A DNA stretch of 64,000 nt from Eledone cirrhosa (lineage: Eukaryota): the NCBI GenBank assembly GCA_964016885.1, contig OZ024743.1:318122001-318186000 (forward strand), given 5' to 3'. Below the pieces are notes generated by a model that ran no database searches, was not told the DNA's origin, and saw only the letters and a list, made by a program, of their open reading frames with translations. Below are positions 1 through 9,576 of this stretch, piece by piece (position 1 is the first letter of the stretch; every line of letters begins with the position of its first letter). A program made the position numbers and the translations under genes.

Positions 1-1807
1 GCTCCCAGTGCACACTGTAACGTGGTTGGTGTTAGGAAGGGCATCCAACCATAGAAACCATGCTCCCAGTGCACACTGTAACGTGGTTGGTGTTAGGAAG
101 GGCATCCAACCATAGAAACCATGCTCCCAGTGCACACTGTAACGTGGTTGGTGTTAGGAAGGGCATCCAACCATAGAAACCATGCTCCCAGTGCACACTG
201 TAACGTGGTTGGTGTTAGGAAGGGCATCCAACCATAGAAACCATGCTCCCAGTGCACACTGTAACGTGGTTGGTGTTAGGAAGGGCATCCAACCATAGAA
301 ACCATGCTCCCAGTGCACACTGTAACGTGGTTGGTGTTAGGAAGGGCATCCAACTATAGAAACCATGCTCCTAGTGCACACTGTAAAGTGGTTGGTGTTA
401 GGAAGGGCATCCAACTATAGAAACCATGCTCCCAGTGCACACTGTAACGTGGTTGGTGTTAGGAAGGGCATCCAACCATAGAAACCATGCTCCCAGTGCA
501 CACTGTAAAGTGGTTGGTGTTAGGAAGGGCATCCAACTATAGAAACCATGCTCCCAGTGCACACTGTAAAGTGGTTGGTGTTAGGAAGGGCATCCAACTA
601 TAGAAACCATGCTCCCAGTGCACACTGTAACGTGGTTGGTGTTAGGAAGGGCATCCAACCATAGAAACCATGCTCCCAGTGCACACTGTAACGTGGTTGG
701 TGTTAGGAAGGGCATCCAACTATAGAAACCATGCTCCCAGTGCACACTGTAAAGTGGTTGGTGTTAGGAAGGGCATCCAACTATAGAAACCATGCTCCCA
801 GTGCACACTGTAACGTGGTTGGTGTTAGGAAGGGCATCCAACCATAGAAACCATGCTCCCAGTGCACACTGTAAAGTGGTTGGTGTTAGGAAGGGCATCC
901 AACTATAGAAACCATGCTCCCAGTGCACACTGTAACGTGGTTGGTGTTAGGAAGGGCATCCAACCATAGAAACCATGCTCCCAGTGCACACTGTAAAGTG
1001 GTTGGTGTTAGGAAGGGCATCCAACTATAGAAACCATGCTCCCAGTGCACACTGTAACGTGGTTGGTGTTAGGAAGGGCATCCAACCATAGAAACCATGC
1101 TCCCAGTGCACACTGTAAAGTGGTTGGTGTTAGGAAGGGCATCCAACTATAGAAACCATGCTCCCAGTGCACACTGTAACGTGGTTGGTGTTAGGAAGGG
1201 CATCCAACCATAGAAACCATGCTCCCAGTGCACACTGTAAAGTGGTTGGTGTTAGGAAGGGCATCCAACTATAGAAACCATGCTCCCAGTGCACACTGTA
1301 ACGTGGTTGGTGTTAGGAAGGGCATCCAACTATAGAAACCATGCTCCCAGTGCACACTGTAACGTGGTTGGTGTTAGGAAGGGCATCCAACCATAGAAAC
1401 CATGCTCCCAGTGCACACTGTAACGTGGTTGGTGTTAGGAAGGGCATCCAACCATAGAAACCATGCTCCCAGTGCACACTGTAACGTGGTTGGTGTTAGG
1501 AAGGGCATCCAACCATAGAAACCATGCTCCCAGTACACACTGTAACGTGGTTGGTGTTAGGAAGGGCATCCAACCATAGAAACCATGCTCCCAGTGCACA
1601 CTGTAACGTGGTTGGTGTTAGGAAGGGCATCCAACCATAGAAACCATGCTCCCAGTGCACACTGTAACGTGGTTGGTGTTAGGAAGGGCATCCAACCATA
1701 GAAACCATGCTCCCAGTGCACACTGTAACGTAGTTGGTGTTAGGAAGGGCATCCAACCATAGAAACCATGCTCCCAGTACACACTGTAACGTGGTTGGTG
1801 TTAGGAA
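1..1807. repeat. 61-bp tandem repeat (minisatellite/satellite), ~29.6 copies, probably truncated by the window start
   Basis: Unit GCTCCCAGTGCACACTGTAACGTGGTTGGTGTTAGGAAGGGCATCCAACCATAGAAACCAT starts at 1, 62, 123 ... 1770 with an exact 61-bp period and no indels. The only variants are AACG/AAAG, CCAACCA/CCAACTA, and rare CTAGTG, CAGTAC and TAGTTGG. The last copy stops after GTTAGGAA at 1807. Confidence 0.98.
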
Positions 1808-2094
1808 AAGTTTAATGCTTGAAGTTTTTGCTTTTTAAGGTTTAGTTAGGAGTAATGGCCAGAGCAGTTCGGCTTTGAAGGACTTCCAAGAACATATACA
1901 TACACTATGTGTGTGTGGTTAATATTGCATGCATGGTCCCAGAACTCCTGAGGGAGTCATAGGAGCACCATATTGACATACAATGTTTCTAGTGCATTTT
2001 AAAACCTGGCAGAGCCCATCTCCTCTCTAGGTCTGAATGCAGCAGATTTCTTCCAGAGAGGGTGAGAAAGTGAGAAAGAGATATAGAGTAAGAA

Positions 2095-2194
2095 TTGATC
2101 CCAGTACTTGACTGGTACTTTTTTTTTCATGACCTCAAATGGATGTAAGGCAAAGTTGACCTCGGCAGGATTTGAACTCAGCCAATTCGCTACC
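2095..2194 (-). mobile_element. Decayed, internally deleted tRNA-derived SINE fragment (Pol III B box followed by a Nin/Deu-like conserved domain)
   Basis: The minus strand reads GGTAGCGAATTGGCT-GAGTTCAAATCC-TGCCGAGGTCAACTTTGCCTTACATCCATTTGAGGTCATGAAAAAAAAAGTACCAGTCAAGTACTGGG. GAGTTCAAATCC (2168-2179) fits the B-box consensus GTTCRANNC. The downstream GTYRACT..GCCTTNCATCC...GAGGTC...AAAA..AGTACCAG pattern matches my recollection of Nin/Deu-type SINE bodies abundant in cephalopods. Family assignment is from recall, not a search. Confidence 0.65.
2168..2179 (-). promoter_or_regulatory. RNA polymerase III B-box-like motif within the SINE relic, probably non-functional
   Basis: Plus strand GGATTTGAACTC is minus strand GAGTTCAAATCC, matching the GGTTCRANTCC consensus at most positions. 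Confidence 0.55.
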
Positions 2195-2289
2195 ATATAT
2201 ACTTACACTTAATTCCTTATTGAGGAATATTTTAGTATAGTAATGCATTCTATTTGACATTCTAAAGACCCTGCAAATTCAACAATACT

Positions 2290-2497
2290 AAAGCTGTTTA
2301 TTTTTAAATATTTATATTTATCTAAAAGCTTTCCATCATAATTTAATGTCAGAATCTTTCTTATGCTTCAAATACCAGCTTAATAACAATAAAGTTAGTT
2401 ATGTTACTAAGTCCCTCCAAATTCTTTATTATATTTAAAATTATTTGAAAACCATATGCAATGTCTTTTATTACAAATATGGTGATGAAAGGGTTAA
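2290..2497. mobile_element. Possible right end of a degraded piggyBac-type non-autonomous DNA transposon (MITE)
   Basis: An AT-rich tract ends in CAAATATGGTGATGAAAGGG followed by TTAA (2474-2497). piggyBac-superfamily elements end in CCY...RGG and insert at TTAA. No matching left TIR (TTAACCCTTT) is visible, so the left boundary is a guess. Confidence 0.35.
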
Positions 2498-5400
2498 CAG
2501 ATGTAGAGTTTATTTTCAAGTTCCTAAGCATGCAACTTAACTTACAAAATCATATCTCTCATTCTGGTCTCTTCCCACCCCCATTGCTGAGGGTCTGCGG
2601 CCTGCATAATAGTACCAATGCTAATCTATATGTTGTATGTCAGGGACTATAGACAATACCACCATTGCTAATCTATATGATACTGTATGTCAGTGACTAT
2701 AGACAATAGCACCAATACTAATCTATATGATGCTGTATGTCAGGGACTATAGACAACACCACCAATGCTAATCTATATGATGTTGTATGTCAGGGACTAT
2801 AGACAATAGCACCAATGCTTATCTATATGATGTTGTATGTCAGGGACTATAGACAATAGCACCAATGCTGATCTATATGATGTTGTATGTCAGGGACTAT
2901 AGACAATAGCACCAGTGCTAATCTATATGATGCAGTATGTCAGGGACTATAGACAATAGCACCAATGCTAATCTATATGATGTTGTATGTCATGGACTAT
3001 AGACAATAGCACCAATGCTAATCTATATGATACTGTATGTCAGGGACTATAGACAATAGCACCAATGCTAATCTATATGATGCTGTATGTCAGGGACTAT
3101 AGACAATAGCACCAATGCTGATCTATATGATGCTGTATGTCAGGGACTATAGACAATAGCACCAATGCTAATCTATATGATGTTGTATGTCACGGACTAG
3201 AGACGATAGCACCAATGCTAATCTATATGATACTGTATGTCAGGGACTAGAGACGATAGCACCAATGCTAATCTATATGGTACTGTATGTCAGGGACTAT
3301 AGACAATAGCACCAATACTAATCTATATGATGTTGTATGTCAGGGACTATAGACAATAGCACCAATGCTAATCTATATGATGCTGTATGTCAGGGACTAT
3401 AGACAATATCACCAATGCTGATCTATATGATGTTGTATGTCAGGGACTATAGACAATAGCACCAATGCTAATCTATATGATGTTGTATGTCAGGGACTAT
3501 AGACAATAGCACCAATGCTAATCTATATGATACTGTATGTTAGGGACTATAGACAATAGCACCAATGCTAATCTATATGATACTGTATGTCAGGGACTAT
3601 AGACAATAGCACCAATGCCTATCTATATGATGTTGTATGTCAGGGACTATAGACAATAGCACCAATGCCTATCTATATGATACTGTATGTCAGGAACTAT
3701 AGACAATAGCACCAATGCTAATCTATATGATGTTGTATGTCAGGGACTATAGACAGTAGCACCAAGGCTAATCTATATGATACTGTATGTCAGGGACTAG
3801 AGACAATAGCACCAATGCTAATCTATATGGTACTGTATGTCAGGGACTATAGACAATAGCACCAATGCTAATCTATATGATGTTGTATGTCAGGAACTAT
3901 AGACAATAGCACCAATGCTAATCTATATGATACTGTATGTCAGGGACTATAGACAATAGCACCAATGCTAATCTATATGATGCTGTATGTCAGGTACTAT
4001 AGACAATAGCACCAATGCTAATCTATATGATGTTGTATGTCAGGGACTATGGACAACACCACCAATGCTAATCTATATGATACTGTATGTCTGGGACTAT
4101 AGACAATAGCACCAATGCGAATCTATATATTGTATGCCAGGGACTATAGACTATAGCACCAATGCTAGTCTATATGATGTTGTATGTCAGAGACTATAGA
4201 CAATAGCACCAATGCTAATCTATATGATGCTGTATGTCAGGGACTATAGACAACACCACCAATGCTAATCTATATGATGTTGTATGTCAGAGACTATAGA
4301 CAATAGCACCAATGCTAATCTATATGATGTTGTATGTCAGAGACTATAGACAATAGCACCAATGCTAATCTATATGATGTTGTATGTCAGAAACTATAGG
4401 CAATAGCACCAATGCTAATCTATATGATGCAGTATGTCAGGGACTATAGACAATAGCACCAATGCTAATCTATATGATGTTGTATGTCAGGGACTATAGA
4501 CAATAGCACCAATGCTAATCTATATGATACTGTATGTCAGGGACTATAGACAATAGCACCAATGCTAATCTATATGATGCTGTATGTCAGGGACTATAGA
4601 CAATAGCACAAATGCTAATCTATATGATACTGTATGTCAGGTACTATAGACAATAGCACCAATGCTAATCTATATGATGCTGTATGTCAGGGACTATAGA
4701 CAATAGCACAAATGCTAATCTATATGATACTGTATGTCAGGGACTATAGACAATAGCACCAATGCTAATCTATATGATGTTGTATGTCAGGGACTATAGA
4801 CAATAGCACCAATGCTAATCTATATGATACTGTATGTCAGGTACTATAGACAATAGCACCAATGCTAATCTATATGATGTTGTATGTCAGGAACTATAGA
4901 CAATAGCACCAATGCTAATCTATATGATACTGTATGTCAGTGACTATAGACAATAGCACCAATGCTAATCTATATGATGTTGTATGTCAGGAACTATAGA
5001 CAATAGCACCAATGCTAATCTATATGATACTGTATGTCAGGGACTATAGACAATAGCACCAATGCTAATCTATATGATGCTGTATGTCAGGTACTATAGA
5101 CAATAGCACCAATGCTAATCTATATGATGTTGTATGTCAGGGACTATAGACAATACCACCAATGCTAATCTATATGATGTTGTATGTCAGGGACTATAGA
5201 CAATAGTACCAATGCTAATCTATATGATACTGTATGTCAGGGACTATAGACAATAGCACCAATGCTAATCTATATGATGTTGTGTGTCAGGGACTATAGA
5301 CAATAGCACCAATGCTAATCTATATAATACTGTATGTCAGGGACTATAGACAATAGCACCAATGCTAATCTATATGATGTTGTATGTCAGGGACTATAGA

Positions 5401-7189
5401 CAGTAGTACCAATGCTAATCTATATGATGTTGTATGTCAGGGACTATAGACAATAGCACTGATGCTAATCTATATATTGTAATCCAGGGACTATAGACGA
5501 TAGCAGCAATGCTAATCTATATGATGCTGTATGTCAGGGACTATAGACAATAGCACCAATGCTAATCTATATGATACTGTATGTCAGGGACTGTAGACAA
5601 TAGCACCAATGCTAATCTATATGATGTTGTATGTCAGGAACTATAGACAATAGCACCAATGCTAATCTATATGATGCTGTATGTCAGGTACTATAGACAA
5701 TATCACCAATGCTGATCTATATGATGTTGTATGTCAGGGACTATAGACAATAGCACCAATGCTAATCTATATGATGTTGTATGTCAGGGACTATAGACAA
5801 TAGCACCAATGCTAATCTATATGATGCTGTATGTCAGGGACTATAGACAATAGCACCAATGCCTATCTATATGATGTTGTATGTCAGAGACTATAGACAA
5901 TAGCACCAATGCTAATCTATATGATGTTGTATGTCAGAGACTATAGACAATAGCACCAATGCTAATCTATATGATGCAGTATGTCAGGGACTATAGACAA
6001 TAGCACCAATGCTAATCTATATGATACTGTATGTCAGGGACTGTAGACAATAGCACCAATGCTAATCTATATGATGTTATATGTCAGGGACTATAGACAA
6101 TAGCACCAATGCTGATCTATATGATACTGTATGTCAGGGCCTATAGACAATAGCACCAATGCTAATCTATATGATGTTGTATGTCAGGGACTATAGACAG
6201 TAGCACCAATGCTAATCTATATGATACTGTATGTTAGGGACTATAGACAATAGCACCAATGCTAATCTATATGATACTGTATGTCAGGGACTATAGACAA
6301 TACCACCAATGCCTATCTATATGATGTTGTATGTCAGGGACTATAGACAATAGCAGCAATGCCTATCTATATGATGCTGTGTGTCAGGGACTATAGACAA
6401 TAGCACCAATGCTAATCTATATGATACTGTATGTCAGGGACTATAGACAATAGCACTAATGCGAATCTATATGATATTGTATGCCAGGGACTATAGACTA
6501 TAGCACCAATGCTAATCTATATGATGTTGTATGTCAGGGACTATAGACGATAGCACCAATGCTAATCTATATGATGTTGTATGTCAGGTACTATAGACAA
6601 TAGCACCAATGCTAATCTATATGATGTTGTATGTCAGGGACTATAGACAATAGCACCAATGCTAATCTATATGATGTTGTATGTCAGGTACTATAGACAA
6701 TAGCACCAATGCTAATCTATATGATGTTGTATGTCAGGGACTATAGACAACACCACCAATGCTAATCTATATGATACTGTATGTCAGGGACTATAGACAA
6801 TAGCACCAATGCTAATCTATATGATGCTGTATGTCAGGGACTATAGACAATAGCACCAATGCTAATCTATATGATGCTGTATGTCAGGGACTATAGACAA
6901 CACCACCAATGCTAATCTATATGATACTGTATGTCAGGGACTATAGACAATAGCACCAATGCTAATCTATATGATGTTGTATGTCAGGGACTATAGACAA
7001 CACCACCAATGCTAATCTATATGATGTTGTATGTCAGAGACTATAGACAATAGCACCAATGCTAATCTATATGATGTTGTATGTCAGAGACTATAGACAA
7101 TAGCACCAATGCTAATCTATATGATGTTGTATGTCAGAGACTATAGACAATAGCACCAATGCTAATCTATATGATGTTGTATGTCAGAG

Positions 7190-9576
7190 ACTATAGACAA
7201 TAGCACCAATGCTAATCTATATGATGCAGTATGTCAGGGACTATAGACAATAGCACCAATGCTAATCTATATGATGTTATATGTCAGGGACTATAGACAA
7301 TAGCACCAATGCTAATCTATATGATGTTGTATGTCAGAGACTATAGACAATAGCACCAATGCTAATCTATATGATGCAGTATGTCAGGGACTATAGACAA
7401 TAGCACCAATGCTAATCTATATGATGTTATATGTCAGGGACTATAGACAATAGCACCAATGCTAATCTATATGATGTTGTATGTCAGAGACTATAGACAA
7501 TAGCACCAATGCTAATCTATATGATGCAGTATGTCAGGGACTATAGACAATAGCACCAACGCTAATCTATATGATGTTGTATGTCAGAGACTATAGACAA
7601 TAGCACCAATGCTAATCTATATGATACTGTATGCCAGGGACTATAGACAATAGCACCAATGCTAATCTATATGATGCAGTATGTCAGGGACTATAGACAA
7701 TAGCACCAATGCTAATCTATATGATACTGTATGTCAGGTACTATAGACAATAGCACCAATGCTAATCTATATGATGTTGTATGTCAGGGACTATAGACAA
7801 CACCACCAATGCTAATCTATATGATGTTGTATGTCAGGGACTATAGACAATAGCACCAATGCTAATCTATATGATGTTGTATGTCAGGGACTATAGACAA
7901 TAGCACCAATGCTAATCTATATGATACTGTATGTCAGGGACTATAGACAATAGCACCAATGCTAATCTATATGATGCTGTATGTCAGAGACTATAGACAA
8001 AACCACCAATGCTAATCTATATGATACTGTATGTCAGGGACTATAGACAATAGCACCAATGCTAATCTATATGATGCTGTATGTCAGAGACTATAGACAA
8101 TAGCACCAATGCTAATCTATATGATGTTGTATGTCAGAGACTATAGACAATAGCACCAATGCTAATCTATATAATGCAGTATGTCAGGGACTATAGACAA
8201 TAGCACCAATGCTAATCTATATGATGTTATATGTCAGGGACTATAGACAATAGCACCAATGCTAATCTATATGATACTGTATGTCAGGGACTATAGACAA
8301 TAGCACCAAAGCTAATCCATATGATGTTGTATGTCAGGTACTATAGACAATAGCACCAATGCTAATATATATGATGCAGTATGTCAGGGACTATAGACAA
8401 TAGCACCAATGCTAATCTATATGATGCAGTATGTCAGGGACTATAGACAATAGCACCAATGCTAATCTATATGATGTTATATGTCAGGGACTATAGACAA
8501 TAGCACCAATGCTAATCTATATGATGTTGTATGTCAGAGACTATAGACAATAGCACCAATGCTAATCTATATGATGCAGTATGTCAGGGACTATAGACAA
8601 TAGCACCAATGCTAATCTATATGATGTTATATGTCAGGGACTATAGACAATAGCACCAATGCTAATCTATATGATGTTGTATGTCAGAGACTATAGACAA
8701 TAGCACCAATGCTAATCTATATGATGCAGTATGTCAGGGACTATAGACAATAGCACCAACGCTAATCTATATGATGTTGTATGTCAGAGACTATAGACAA
8801 TAGCACCAATGCTAATCTATATGATACTGTATGCCAGGGACTATAGACAATAGCACCAATGCTAATCTATATGATGCAGTATGTCAGGGACTATAGACAA
8901 TAGCACCAATGCTAATCTATATGATACTGTATGTCAGGTACTATAGACAATAGCACCAATGCTAATCTATATGATGTTGTATGTCAGGGACTATAGACAA
9001 CACCACCAATGCTAATCTATATGATGTTGTATGTCAGGGACTATAGACAATAGCACCAATGCTAATCTATATGATGTTGTATGTCAGGGACTATAGACAA
9101 TAGCACCAATGCTAATCTATATGATACTGTATGTCAGGGACTATAGACAATAGCACCAATGCTAATCTATATGATGCTGTATGTCAGAGACTATAGACAA
9201 AACCACCAATGCTAATCTATATGATACTGTATGTCAGGGACTATAGACAATAGCACCAATGCTAATCTATATGATGCTGTATGTCAGAGACTATAGACAA
9301 TAGCACCAATGCTAATCTATATGATGTTGTATGTCAGAGACTATAGACAATAGCACCAATGCTAATCTATATAATGCAGTATGTCAGGGACTATAGACAA
9401 TAGCACCAATGCTAATCTATATGATGTTATATGTCAGGGACTATAGACAATAGCACCAATGCTAATCTATATGATACTGTATGTCAGGGACTATAGACAA
9501 TAGCACCAAAGCTAATCCATATGATGTTGTATGTCAGGTACTATAGACAATAGCACCAATGCTAATATATATGATG
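7190..9576. repeat. Higher-order tandem duplication, 1200-bp period (24 monomers x2)
   Basis: Rare markers recur exactly 1200 bp apart: CCAAC (7556/8756), AAACCACC (~8000/9200), ATAATGCAG (8171/9371), CCAAAGCTAATCCAT (~8306/9506) and GCTAATATAT (8361/9561). Confidence 0.92.

Larger units (their letters stand above)
1808..2607. other. Unique AT-rich spacer between two unrelated satellite arrays, containing decayed interspersed-repeat fragments
   Basis: Non-periodic sequence flanked by the 61-bp and 50-bp arrays. It has a short (TG)n run near 1907-1917, a purine-rich GA tract at ~2055-2090 and an AT-rich stretch at 2200-2500. There is no convincing ORF. Confidence 0.85.

Noticed and set aside
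1801-1852. Telomere-like TTAGG/TTAGGG motifs (in the 61-mer, the spacer start and the GTTAGGG variant of the 50-mer)
   Set aside because: These are isolated single motifs, never tandem, and the 50-mer case is just a C>T allele.
2140-2194. tRNA gene suggested by the B box
   Set aside because: No cloverleaf can be formed and the A-to-B spacing is collapsed. It is better explained as a SINE head.
1999-2196. 65-aa minus-strand ORF (MVANWLSSNPAEVNFALHPFEV...)
   Set aside because: It is short, has no recognisable domain, and its first half is simply the translation of the SINE-like relic including an A-run.
2555-2592. Pyrimidine tract followed by AG, a possible splice acceptor
   Set aside because: The GAG context is weak, and there is no downstream exon or donor support before the satellite begins. 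It cannot be supported without transcripts.
2461-2652. 63-aa plus-strand ORF (MSFITNMVMKGLT...)
   Set aside because: It spans a putative transposon end, unique spacer and the first satellite monomer. It has no recognisable motif and is of a length expected by chance.
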